DNA of 64,000 bases from assembly GCA_013152535.1 (NCBI GenBank), contig JAADGE010000055.1:466-64465 (forward strand), given 5' to 3'. Numbering within the stretch: the first letter of the stretch is position 1; every line of letters starts with the position of its first letter. The notes under the pieces are model-generated. The model was not told where the DNA came from, did not search any database, and was given only the letters and a program-made list of their open reading frames with translations. Source of the stretch: Chlorobiota bacterium (GTDB taxonomy: Bacteria > Bacteroidota > Bacteroidia > Bacteroidales > JAADGE01). This document shows positions 10,660 through 19,923 of the stretch, one piece after another. Position numbers and translations under genes: made by a program.

Positions 10660-11850
10660 TTAATATAAAAATTCATTATAGGGATATCGAATTTTATGGA
10701 TTTTTACCACTTCTTTATAAAGATATGATTTTAAAGAATCAATATTTATCTTTTTCCTGGCGGAAATAAAGATAGAATCTTTTTCTTTTGCAAACCACAT
10801 TTTTTGTAATTCTGCAAGTGAATAGTTTTCTTTTTTTACGGGAGTTAAATCATCTTCGTCCTTTTGAATAAATTTGTAAGCATCTGTTTTATTAAAAACA
10901 GTTATGATTTTCTTGTCTCCGGCACCTATGTCGGCAAGTGTTTTGTTAACAATTGTAATTTGTTCTTCAAAATTCGGATGAGAGATGTCAACAATATGAA
11001 GTAATAAATCAGATTCTCGAACTTCATCCAGTGTTGATTTAAAGGACTCTATGAGATGATGCGGTAATTTTCTTATAAATCCGACCGTATCAGCCAATAA
11101 AAACGGTAAATTTTCTATTACCATTTTACGAACCGTAGTATCTAAAGTTGCAAATAATTTATTTTCGGCAAAAATATCAGATTTACTTATTAGGTTCATT
11201 AAGGTTGATTTTCCTGCATTGGTATATCCGACTAAAGCTACACGAACTAATTTGCCGCGATTTTTTCGCTGAACAGTTTTTTGTCTGTCAATTTTTTCGA
11301 GTTTCGTTTTAAGTAAAGCAATTTTATCTTTTACAATTCGTCGATCGGTTTCAATTTCTTTTTCACCCGGACCTCGCATTCCGATTCCGCCTCTTTGTCG
11401 TTCGAGGTGAGTCCACATACCTTTTAATCTAGGCATAAGGTATTCATATTGAGCAAGTTCAACTTGAGTTTTTGCATGTGCTGTTCTTGCACGACTTGCA
11501 AAAATATCTAAAATAAGATTTGTTCTGTCAAGAACTTTACATTTTAATTCTTGTTCTGTATTTCGAAGTTGGGAGGGCGATAATTCATCGTCAAATATTA
11601 CCGTATCAATATCATTTTCTTCGACATAGGTTTTAATCTCAAAAAATTTTCCGCTGCCGACAAATGTTTTTTTGTCGGCAAAATTTCTTTTTTGTGTAAA
11701 TTGTTTTTTAACAACAGCTCCGGCAGTTCTTGCTAAAAAGTTTAATTCTGCGAGGTATTCGTCAACTTGTTCTGTTGACTGATCTTGTTTTATAATGCCT
11801 ACAACAACAGCTGTTTCTGTTTGTATGTTATGTAATTTTTTTTCAATCAT
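10660..11850 (-). CDS. hflX: GTPase HflX
   Basis: G1 GYTNAGKST, G3 DTVGF and G4 NKTD motifs, with an HflX-type N-terminal domain. Confidence 0.9.
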   Translation of the reverse strand: MIEKKLHNIQTETAVVVGIIKQDQSTEQVDEYLAELNFLARTAGAVVKKQFTQKRNFADKKTFVGSGKFFEIKTYVEENDIDTVIFDDELSPSQLRNTEQELKCKVLDRTNLILDIFASRARTAHAKTQVELAQYEYLMPRLKGMWTHLERQRGGIGMRGPGEKEIETDRRIVKDKIALLKTKLEKIDRQKTVQRKNRGKLVRVALVGYTNAGKSTLMNLISKSDIFAENKLFATLDTTVRKMVIENLPFLLADTVGFIRKLPHHLIESFKSTLDEVRESDLLLHIVDISHPNFEEQITIVNKTLADIGAGDKKIITVFNKTDAYKFIQKDEDDLTPVKKENYSLAELQKMWFAKEKDSIFISARKKINIDSLKSYLYKEVVKIHKIRYPYNEFLY

Positions 11851-11898
11851 TAATAGCGAAAAGGTTTGTTATTTGAAACTGTTATTTTGTAAATTAAT

Positions 11899-11927
11899 AA
11901 AAAAACAGCCGTATTTAACGGCTGTTT
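11899..11927 (-). terminator. rho-independent terminator after the third TonB-like gene
   Basis: The minus strand reads aaacagccg-ttaaata-cggctgttttttt. Confidence 0.7.
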
Positions 11928-11949
11928 AAAATATAAAGAGTTTAATGAT

Positions 11950-12618
11950 TTAATTTAATTTAAATGTAACAGGTATTGAGTACCAAACACTTACTTTTTT
12001 GCCGTTTTGTTCTCCCGGTTTAAATCTCGGAAGGGTTTTAATAACTTTAATTGCTTCATTATCAAGTAAAGGATCTACACCTTTTTGAAGTTCTACTTTA
12101 CCTATTTTTCCGGTTTTTGTAACTTCAAATCTTAAAAATACAGTACCTTCAATTCCGTTTTCTCTGGCAACGGCAGGGTAAACAACATGAGTTGCAATGT
12201 AGCGCTTTAATGCAACAACACCGCCCGGAAATTCCGGCATATTTTTAACATATATAAAAATTTGATCTTCTTCTCCGTTATTTGTGTCTTCAAGGTTTAT
12301 ATCTTCGTTTTCATCATATTCAAGGTTTAATTCAACATCATCGTTAACATCTTCGTTATTATCAATGATATTAATAACCTCAATTGTTTGTTGTTTTTGT
12401 TGTTGTTGCGGCGGCGGCGGTTTCTTTTCATCTTGACGGGTAATTTCTACCATGTCTTCTTCTTCAATATTTTGATTTACAGCTAAATCAGATTTTGCAG
12501 ATGTAGAAGACCAATTAAAAGCTGAAACTAACACACCGATACTGATTATTAAGCCGATTGCCAAAAACATCAGCTTATATTTTTCCAGATTTGCTTTGGG
12601 ATTTTTTTTAATTTCCAT
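11950..12618 (-). CDS. energy transducer TonB-family protein (copy 3)
   Basis: N-terminal TM anchor, a PPPPQQQQKQQ linker, and a C-terminal TonB domain (PEFPGG...GIEGTVFLRFEVTKTGKIG). Confidence 0.8.
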   Translation of the reverse strand: MEIKKNPKANLEKYKLMFLAIGLIISIGVLVSAFNWSSTSAKSDLAVNQNIEEEDMVEITRQDEKKPPPPQQQQKQQTIEVINIIDNNEDVNDDVELNLEYDENEDINLEDTNNGEEDQIFIYVKNMPEFPGGVVALKRYIATHVVYPAVARENGIEGTVFLRFEVTKTGKIGKVELQKGVDPLLDNEAIKVIKTLPRFKPGEQNGKKVSVWYSIPVTFKLN

Positions 12619-12715
12619 TGTTTTGTTTTTTAAATGTTAAATAATAGTTTAAACATTAACATTTGAGTCGATAAAGTTAATGCTTTTTTATTTTTTATAC
12701 AAACTAATTTTATTT

Positions 12716-13378
12716 TTAATATAATTTAAATGAAACCAGCAGTGAAAACCAAACACTGACAGGCTTTCCGTTTTGTATGCCGGGATTAAAATTCGGTAAT
12801 GATTTTATAACTCTTATTGCTTCGTCTTGTAATAATTTATCAACAGATTTATTCAGAACTACGGTTGTTCCGATTGTGCCTTTTTTCGTTACTTCAAATC
12901 TTAAAAACACGGTTCCTTGTATTTCGTTTCTTAATGCAGCATTCGGATATTTTGTGTGTTTTGCAATATATTGTTGCAAAGCGGGAATGCCTCCGGGAAA
13001 TTTTGGTTTAACACTCGGGTTATAAATCAGTTCAGTATCAATTTCTTTAGGAATTTGGTATAATGCAGAGTCTTCAAATTCAGGTATATAAAATTCCGGA
13101 GTTTCAATTTTCGAACTGTCAACAACAATATTAATAATATCTGTGATAATATGCTTAGGTATTGTTGTTTTTGGTTTTGGTTTTTCATCCGGCGGACGAG
13201 TGATTGGAATTATTTCAGATATTTCTGAATTTACGGACTTTGAAATTGTATTTTCAGATTTTCGGGATTCTATGCTGAATGCATAATTAATAATTGCAAA
13301 TACAATTCCGATGCTGATAATGAAAAACAATGTTTTCATTTTTTCTAAATTTGCTTTGTTGTTTTTTTTCTTTTCCAT
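12716..13378 (-). CDS. energy transducer TonB-family protein (copy 2)
   Basis: The N-terminus MEKKKNNKANLEK parallels that of copy 3. C-terminal TonB domain present (PKFPGG...IQGTVFLRFEVTKKGTIG). Confidence 0.8.
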   Translation of the reverse strand: MEKKKNNKANLEKMKTLFFIISIGIVFAIINYAFSIESRKSENTISKSVNSEISEIIPITRPPDEKPKPKTTIPKHIITDIINIVVDSSKIETPEFYIPEFEDSALYQIPKEIDTELIYNPSVKPKFPGGIPALQQYIAKHTKYPNAALRNEIQGTVFLRFEVTKKGTIGTTVVLNKSVDKLLQDEAIRVIKSLPNFNPGIQNGKPVSVWFSLLVSFKLY

Positions 13379-13917
13379 GACGATTGCTTTTGATTATTTA
13401 TAAACATGACAGGTAAAATTTGCTCACTTTCAACTTGTTCGTTTTTTGATTTTGCCGGTGTCCAATCGGGCATATTTTTTATTAATTTTACTGCTTCCTT
13501 ATCAATTAACGGATTAATGCTTCGTACGATTTTTATATTTTTGATTTTTCCGTGTCGCGTAATTGTAAATTTTACATAAATGCGACCTTGAATGTTTTGT
13601 TTTTTTGCTTTTTCGGGATATTGTAAATTCTTTTTAAAATATTTTTGTAATGCAATTTCTCCGCCCGGAAATCGTGCCGGAGTATCAATGTTTAAATTTG
13701 CAAATGTGGGCAACGGTTTGATAATTAGCTTGTTATTAATGTTATTTGTGTCAATTTCAAGATTTATTTCAACAAAATTTCCCGTAATTTTATTTTTATT
13801 TTTGGTTTTGTAATTGAATGCTCCCAAAACTATCATCAATGAAATAATAATGCTTATTTGCAGCAATAAACCCCGATGTTGTTCTAATTTATTATTTTTG
13901 TATTTGTTGCCGTTCAT
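13345..13917 (-). CDS. TonB C-terminal-domain protein (copy 1, shorter, no Pro-rich linker)
   Basis: TM anchor plus ARFPGG...IQGRIYVKFTITRHGKI. Overlaps the start of copy 2 by 34 nt. Confidence 0.7.
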   Translation of the reverse strand: MNGNKYKNNKLEQHRGLLLQISIIISLMIVLGAFNYKTKNKNKITGNFVEINLEIDTNNINNKLIIKPLPTFANLNIDTPARFPGGEIALQKYFKKNLQYPEKAKKQNIQGRIYVKFTITRHGKIKNIKIVRSINPLIDKEAVKLIKNMPDWTPAKSKNEQVESEQILPVMFINNQKQSSWKRKKTTKQI

Positions 13918-13920
13918 TTT

Positions 13921-15252
13921 TTAATAAAGTTTTTCAGGATTATAAGTTGTGTCATTTTTTGATATTTTTATATTTATTGTCGGGTATAATCTGATGTCTC
14001 CGCTTTTTGCAATGAGTTCTCCTTTTTTTATTTTTTTGTTCGGTTTAATAAATATTTTGTAAAGTCCGGAATAGTGAATTTTATATCCGTTTTTTAATTC
14101 TTCCGTAACAGTAATTTCTTTTAAGCCGAAAACATTTTTTGTTTCTGTATGTGATATTGTTCCGCTTTCAACAGCATATATATTTGAAAAACTTTTTACT
14201 TCATAACTGACTTCTTTGTGAGACACCGTAATACCGTCAAATTGCTTATGAGTAAAATACGGACTAATTATTTTATATGTGTTGTTATCGAAGGGTTTAC
14301 TGAATATTTTTTCAGGTTCTTTCGGAATTTTCAGATAATTATTTGTTGATGAAAAAATAAACCACGATGCAAATAATGTTAAAACTAATACCGGAACTGA
14401 AATAATAAAACGTCTTTTTCTGATGTTTTCATTTTCGGGATAACTGATAATTTTTATTCTGTTTTTTATTTCTTCTTTTGAAAAATTACTTGCTGTTAAG
14501 AAATTATTTTCAGTTGCTGATAATTTTACAATTAGTTTTGAATAATCGGGTTTATTTTTATTTCCGGTAAGAATATTATCAACAATAAATTCGTGAATAA
14601 TTTTTATGTCTGCGGCTATAAGCCTTGAGACAGGATTAAACCAGAAGATACTTCTGAAAACTTCAAATATTAAATTATCAATTGTATGTAATTGGTTACC
14701 GTGAATTTTTTCATGTGTAATAATTTGTTCTTTTTCCTGCTCGTTTAGTAATTCAAACTCGTTGTTAATAAAAATGAACTTAAAAAATGAGAATACACTG
14801 CCGTTAAAGTCGCTTTTTACAATTGTGAAATTTTTTTGTTGAAATTTTTGACCTTTTTTTATAAGTTTTATTACAGAATAAATATTTTTAAGCAAAATAA
14901 ATAAATATCTGACAACACCTGATAACCATATTATTAATAATGTTTTAATAATAAAATAAATGTTGAGAAACCGATACCCGAAATATAAAAAATTTTGATT
15001 AATTTTGATAAGTGCATTTATTTTTCCGGAATGAGTTTCCTTGAAAATTTGAGAAACACTTATCCCGACACTTTCATAATTGAAAAAACTCGGCAGTAAC
15101 GGAATTATTAAGCTGAACAGTAAAACAGCATAGAAATAATACCTGCTCCAGGCAAAATAAGCCAATTTAAAATATAAATATCTGTAGAACAGGTATAAAA
15201 TACTTGTTAAAACAGAAAATTCGAGTAAATATATTAAGGTGTTAAGCATCAT
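13921..15252 (-). CDS. BlaR1/M56-family membrane metallopeptidase sensor with an M23/LytM-like C-terminal domain
   Basis: Four or more N-terminal TM segments and an HEKIH zinc motif. The C-terminal region has HKQFD (HxxxD) and ...GYKIHYSGLYKIFIKPNKKIKKGELIAKSGD..., but no HxH motif is evident. Confidence 0.75.
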   Translation of the reverse strand: MMLNTLIYLLEFSVLTSILYLFYRYLYFKLAYFAWSRYYFYAVLLFSLIIPLLPSFFNYESVGISVSQIFKETHSGKINALIKINQNFLYFGYRFLNIYFIIKTLLIIWLSGVVRYLFILLKNIYSVIKLIKKGQKFQQKNFTIVKSDFNGSVFSFFKFIFINNEFELLNEQEKEQIITHEKIHGNQLHTIDNLIFEVFRSIFWFNPVSRLIAADIKIIHEFIVDNILTGNKNKPDYSKLIVKLSATENNFLTASNFSKEEIKNRIKIISYPENENIRKRRFIISVPVLVLTLFASWFIFSSTNNYLKIPKEPEKIFSKPFDNNTYKIISPYFTHKQFDGITVSHKEVSYEVKSFSNIYAVESGTISHTETKNVFGLKEITVTEELKNGYKIHYSGLYKIFIKPNKKIKKGELIAKSGDIRLYPTINIKISKNDTTYNPEKLY

Positions 15253-15611
15253 TTATTCTCACTTTTTTCAATTATTTTCATCATTTCTTCAATGTCTTTT
15301 TGGTCTAATTTTTTTTCTTTTATCATATATGAAACGATATTTTTATATGAATTATCGAAATAGCCGGATAAAACAGTTTTAAATATTTGTTTTCGATAGC
15401 GCGATTTTGAAATTTTAGGACTGTATTCGTATGTGTTACCGTATTGTTTATATTTTAAAAATCCTTTTTTTTCTAAAATTCTTACAATTGATGAAATTGT
15501 GTTATACGGCGGATTTTCAGGAAGTCTTTTGATTATGTCTTTTACAAAACCTTTTTTTATTTCCCAAAAAATCAGCATTATTTCCTCTTCTCTTTTTGTT
15601 AATTGTTCCAT
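15249..15611 (-). CDS. BlaI/MecI/CopY-family transcriptional repressor
   Basis: 120-aa winged-helix protein. Its stop overlaps the blaR1-like start by 4 nt. Confidence 0.85.
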   Translation of the reverse strand: MEQLTKREEEIMLIFWEIKKGFVKDIIKRLPENPPYNTISSIVRILEKKGFLKYKQYGNTYEYSPKISKSRYRKQIFKTVLSGYFDNSYKNIVSYMIKEKKLDQKDIEEMMKIIEKSENK

Positions 15612-15640
15612 GTTGTATTGTTTTTTTTATTTGCTTTGAG

Positions 15641-15648
15641 CAAAGATA
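15641..15648 (-). promoter_or_regulatory. -7 promoter box (TATCTTTG on the minus strand) for the blaI operon
   Basis: Matches TAnnTTTG and lies 30 nt upstream of the ATG at 15611. Confidence 0.5.
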
Positions 15649-15792
15649 CAACTAAATTTTCAATAATGCAACTAAAAGATAAATTAACCAACTTATTATT
15701 CAGTTAAAGAACTTAAAAAGCAGTATGTTTATTGTGTTAATTAAGAAATATTTTTTAAAATATTAAAAAGTTTTACTTTTGTATTGTAAAAC

Positions 15793-15866
15793 GGGGCATT
15801 AACTCAGTTGGCTAGAGTGTCACACCGGCAGTGTGGAAGTCATCGGTTCGAGTCCGATATGCTCCA
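15793..15866 (+). tRNA. tRNA-Ala (anticodon GGC)
   Basis: A cloverleaf can be folded by hand: acceptor GGGGCAT/ATGCTCC with a G3:U70 pair, D stem ACTC/GAGT, anticodon stem TCACA/TGTGG, loop CCGGCAG, T arm ATCGG-TTCGAGT-CCGAT, discriminator A. No CCA is encoded. Confidence 0.85.
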
Positions 15867-15867
15867 C

Positions 15868-15901
15868 AAAAAAAGAGGATTAATATTTAATCCTCTTTTT
15901 T
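15868..15901. terminator. bidirectional terminator between tRNA-Ala and the giant surface-protein gene
   Basis: A-run, then hairpin gaggattaa-tat-ttaatcctc, then T-run. Confidence 0.7.
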
Positions 15902-15919
15902 GTGTCAGGTTTCAGTTTT

Positions 15920-18900
15920 TTATTTTTGCAGAATGATTTTAAAACTTAATGTTTTAGTTTCATTTTGTATTTTAATAAAATATATTCCTGCACCAAATCC
16001 TGTTAAATTTATTTCTTCTTTATTCGTAAAGGATTTTTCTTCTTTTATAATACTTCCGGTTATGTCTGTAATTATATAATGCAGTTCAACAGGTTTTGAA
16101 TTTGCAATAAAAAATCTACCTGTTGTCGGATTCGGATAGATATTGAAATCAGATTCAGATACATTTGAAATATCGGAACTTCCTTTAACTGTGAGAGTAT
16201 AAATATCAGACGTATTTGCTCCTGCAATGTCAGTTGCTTTAACTTTTATTTGAAAAACACCTGCATTTTCGGGTATTCCGGAGAATGTTTTTGTTTCGGT
16301 ATTAAAACTCAGCCATTCGGGGAGTTGATTGCCGTTTTCGGACTGTGCCGAATAAGTTAATAAATCTCCAAAGTCAATATCATTAAAAATATTATTCGGT
16401 ATTGTATAGGAATATAATTCTGATGTATATGTTTCCATATCAGGAATAGAATTTTCTACAAAAGGAGCATCATTTGTATTAATTACGGATAAATTAAATT
16501 CTTGATATCCTGTTGCACCCATTTTATCAAAAGCAAAGACTTTAATTGTTAAAATACCGACATCTTCATTTTTGGGAATACCTGAGAATGTCAATGTTTT
16601 GTTGTTAAAAGTAAGCCATTCCGGTAAATCGTTATCGTTTTCTAATTTTGCATAATAACCTGATATTTTATCATTTTTATCTGTTTCAATAAAAGAATTT
16701 TTCGGTAAAATAAAATTAAGTTCCCGGTCTTCAAAAACAGTTGTATCTTTTATTTGATTCAGAGCTTCGGGTGCATTATTTTTATAGAAATGCAATTCAA
16801 AACGGTCGGAAATAATTCCGGCATCGCAATAAAAAGAATAATTGTTAAGAGCATTTTCATTTAAATAAATTTCAACATTTTTTTGTTTGTCGATAAAATA
16901 AACGTGATTATTTTTGAAATTAAATTTATCTGCCGAAATTGTGTATGTTCCTGCTTGTTCTATTTTTACGGCTATAGGAACAATTAAATCGGCCATACTG
17001 TTTTCCGGTAATACATTTATCGAAAGCGGTGTTTTGTCTTTTTGACTTATTGAATATATATGCGGAACAGAAGCAATATTGCTGAATAATTTCAAGGCAT
17101 CAAAATCTCCGTCAAATCCCGAAGTTGCATTTGATTTAAAATACACAACCGCATAATCGGAATAACCGTTTGCCTGCATTTTAAGTCTTATGAAATTCGG
17201 TATATCTTCATTCGCATTATTTTTATTCGGAGATTTCAAATAATTTTGAGTTGAATGTACACGATTTGAATTATGCAATGAAAAGCCTGCCGAATTTGCC
17301 GTGGCATGAACAAAAAATGCCTGCATCGGAGCAATTTCGTTTGACAGACTAAGATTTCCGCCTTTTACTCCGTTTGCATAACTGGAATATTGTGTTCCGT
17401 CCCATACATAAATTCCGTCGTCTAAATTTGTTCTGCTGCTTTTAATTACATCCCAATCAATAGCTGAAGGGTAAGGATTTGCAACAAGATCCCACCCGTC
17501 ATAATAATTTGGGAGAGAACAGCTTACCTGATCGTTATTTGTGTATGCTAAACCGTTAATGGAAATATCCCCGGTATTCGGTGTTCCGATGAATGTTATT
17601 AATTGATTTTCATCCGTATAAAAAGCATATCCTGTTTTTGTTTTCATAGGATCATCGGTTGTTTGGTTCGGATATGCATAAACCCACCCCGAGACTAAAT
17701 TATCTGAATTAAAAGCACCTGCAGGAGCTGTTCCTGCATTTCCGTCTAAATCAAATGTTTCGTCATAAACATAGAAATTGGGATTAAAATTTCCGGATGA
17801 GTTTGATTGCGTAAATAAATCGCTCGAAGCATTTCCTCCGGATTGAATAGGAGAAGATACATAATGAAATTTATTTGCGGAAAAATAACGTTCAATATGA
17901 ACGGTTCCGCTTCCGGCAGTTGTTCCGTTATCAATAAATGATGCAGAGGCGGTTTCATCGGCAGGTGATTTTAATAAAAGCATTCCGTCATTTGTAAAAT
18001 CACCGTTTAATGTTAATGATTTTGCGGCATTAACTGTAACTGTTGCCGAACTTTGAATATCAAGTTTATGACAATGTGCTGCAACATTAATTTCAGGAAA
18101 TCTGTTGCCGACCGGATTTGTCGGAATTATTGCATCAGAACTTCCTGTAGGAACTGTTCCGGCTGACCAATTTCCGGCATCACTCCAAACAGTAGAAATA
18201 TTACCTTCCCAAGTATTGGTAATCAGTAATTGAGATGTGAGAGTAAATATATGATTTCCGTTTAATGCCGGACTTGTCGGGTTTGTTGTAACAGTTCCGT
18301 CAGTTGCTGAACCGCTTGCTGTTGCTGTAGAATGAGAAACTTCCCATCGGCTGTTTGCAGAAATCCATTCAGCTACCCGAAGATCATCTCTTTCTGTTGC
18401 AACTGAAGAAACTCCGCTCGAAGCATCCCACCTTAATTCGACATAAGACGAACTGCTTGCCGGACCATTTATTCTCCAAAACTCGTTTTCACTGACAACT
18501 TTAATCGGAGCAAGGAAATTTGCCGGATCATAACCGTCATTTAAAGGATTGTGATTGTAATATTCAGCTTGCCAATAATTTGATTGATCAATATTATCCA
18601 GAATTACATATCCGTATCTTGTATTATTTCCGACAGGAAAAAGAAATTTACCGCCAATTATAATATTTTTATTCAACGGACCGTCAACATAATTTCCCGA
18701 ACCGGCACCTGTAACAACTGTTTCATTTGTATTTTCTAATGTGAGAATGTTGGTTGTTGTTGTGTGAATAACACCGGATGTGAAATTCAGATTGTAATTA
18801 ATATCAACCGAACGAGATAATGTAAGTCCGGATGAATTATTCATTGTAAGATGATTGAATGCGTTTGTTCCCGTAAAACTGCTTGTTCCCAAAATGTTTT

Positions 18901-19855
18901 GAGCCGATGTACCGGCAAATTCAATAATGGCATCTGCTCCGAGACCGGCATCAAAAGTTCCGGCATTATATGTTATATCACCTCTTATTTTTATTGTTTG
19001 GTCAAATTCATTAATTACATCAGGAGAACTTGTTCCGTTATCGGAAAAAAGTAAATCACCTAATATTGTCAGAGTAAGATTCGGTAATTCTCTTTTGCCT
19101 GTACCGCTGAATGTTAAATTATTAACTTGTGTAATTTGACTTAAAACACAGTAATTTGTACTTCCTCCGAATTCAACTGTTCCGCCGCTTGCGGAGAAAA
19201 AATCTTCATAAAAGCCGGCAGGCAGACTGCCTCTTTCCGAATATAAAGTTCCGGTACCGGATACATTTCCTATTCGATTTCCGAAAGTTGTACCGACATC
19301 AAGTGTTCCCAGTATTTCTGTAGTATATGCCGATATATAATTAACAGCTGTTGTAACTCTGTCTCCGGTATATATTCTTACTCTTGCACCGTCAGGAATA
19401 TCGGGTAAGCCTAAAGAAGCAGGAAGTACCCATGTACCTGTTCCGTCATCAACACGCCATGTATCAGCTGTATGCCAATCTAAATTTGTAAAAGGACCGC
19501 CGCCGGCTACACCTTTTGAAACATACAAAGGTACTTGATCGGGTATGGCTCCGAGAAATGTTGAACCGTCAACACCGGCAGTATAATCACCGCTTATGTC
19601 AACATCCGATACATTAGAATAATCGAAAATAAGTTTTTTATTGGTTTCATCAAATTTACTGACATTACTGACATTATCGTATTTTACCCAATTTCCGGTT
19701 CCGTCGTTTAACAATTTTGCCGTTATGTAATCATAAACATCATAAGGTGCAGTAACTTTAACATCATTTTCATTATAATAAAATTCAGTTGTTCCGGAAA
19801 AATCCGTGAAGCCAGTTGCTGTTAAAACCCAATAATATTGTAAAACGTTATCCAT
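15920..19855 (-). CDS. C-terminal fragment (1311 aa from the first ATG) of a giant T9SS-secreted surface protein
   Basis: Two LPEWL(T/S)FN...TFSGIP cadherin-like/He_PIG-type repeats (about 16190-16760) and a T9SS CTD (FNIYPNPTTGRFFIAN...GIYFIKIQNETKTLSFKIILQK). There is no signal peptide, and the reading frame stays open upstream of the ATG into the preceding ORF. Confidence 0.85.
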   Translation of the reverse strand: MDNVLQYYWVLTATGFTDFSGTTEFYYNENDVKVTAPYDVYDYITAKLLNDGTGNWVKYDNVSNVSKFDETNKKLIFDYSNVSDVDISGDYTAGVDGSTFLGAIPDQVPLYVSKGVAGGGPFTNLDWHTADTWRVDDGTGTWVLPASLGLPDIPDGARVRIYTGDRVTTAVNYISAYTTEILGTLDVGTTFGNRIGNVSGTGTLYSERGSLPAGFYEDFFSASGGTVEFGGSTNYCVLSQITQVNNLTFSGTGKRELPNLTLTILGDLLFSDNGTSSPDVINEFDQTIKIRGDITYNAGTFDAGLGADAIIEFAGTSAQNILGTSSFTGTNAFNHLTMNNSSGLTLSRSVDINYNLNFTSGVIHTTTTNILTLENTNETVVTGAGSGNYVDGPLNKNIIIGGKFLFPVGNNTRYGYVILDNIDQSNYWQAEYYNHNPLNDGYDPANFLAPIKVVSENEFWRINGPASSSSYVELRWDASSGVSSVATERDDLRVAEWISANSRWEVSHSTATASGSATDGTVTTNPTSPALNGNHIFTLTSQLLITNTWEGNISTVWSDAGNWSAGTVPTGSSDAIIPTNPVGNRFPEINVAAHCHKLDIQSSATVTVNAAKSLTLNGDFTNDGMLLLKSPADETASASFIDNGTTAGSGTVHIERYFSANKFHYVSSPIQSGGNASSDLFTQSNSSGNFNPNFYVYDETFDLDGNAGTAPAGAFNSDNLVSGWVYAYPNQTTDDPMKTKTGYAFYTDENQLITFIGTPNTGDISINGLAYTNNDQVSCSLPNYYDGWDLVANPYPSAIDWDVIKSSRTNLDDGIYVWDGTQYSSYANGVKGGNLSLSNEIAPMQAFFVHATANSAGFSLHNSNRVHSTQNYLKSPNKNNANEDIPNFIRLKMQANGYSDYAVVYFKSNATSGFDGDFDALKLFSNIASVPHIYSISQKDKTPLSINVLPENSMADLIVPIAVKIEQAGTYTISADKFNFKNNHVYFIDKQKNVEIYLNENALNNYSFYCDAGIISDRFELHFYKNNAPEALNQIKDTTVFEDRELNFILPKNSFIETDKNDKISGYYAKLENDNDLPEWLTFNNKTLTFSGIPKNEDVGILTIKVFAFDKMGATGYQEFNLSVINTNDAPFVENSIPDMETYTSELYSYTIPNNIFNDIDFGDLLTYSAQSENGNQLPEWLSFNTETKTFSGIPENAGVFQIKVKATDIAGANTSDIYTLTVKGSSDISNVSESDFNIYPNPTTGRFFIANSKPVELHYIITDITGSIIKEEKSFTNKEEINLTGFGAGIYFIKIQNETKTLSFKIILQK

Positions 19856-19923
19856 ATCAACAATATCCGGGTCTGTACCTTCTGAGTCATCAATAATACT
19901 CGGGTGAATTTCATCGGCAGGTT

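Noticed and set aside
12380-12425. The triplet-repeat tract (ttg/cgg runs) as a phase-variation microsatellite
   Set aside because: It encodes the PPPPQQQQKQQ spacer typical of TonB proteins. The repeat unit is 3 nt, so length changes would stay in frame.
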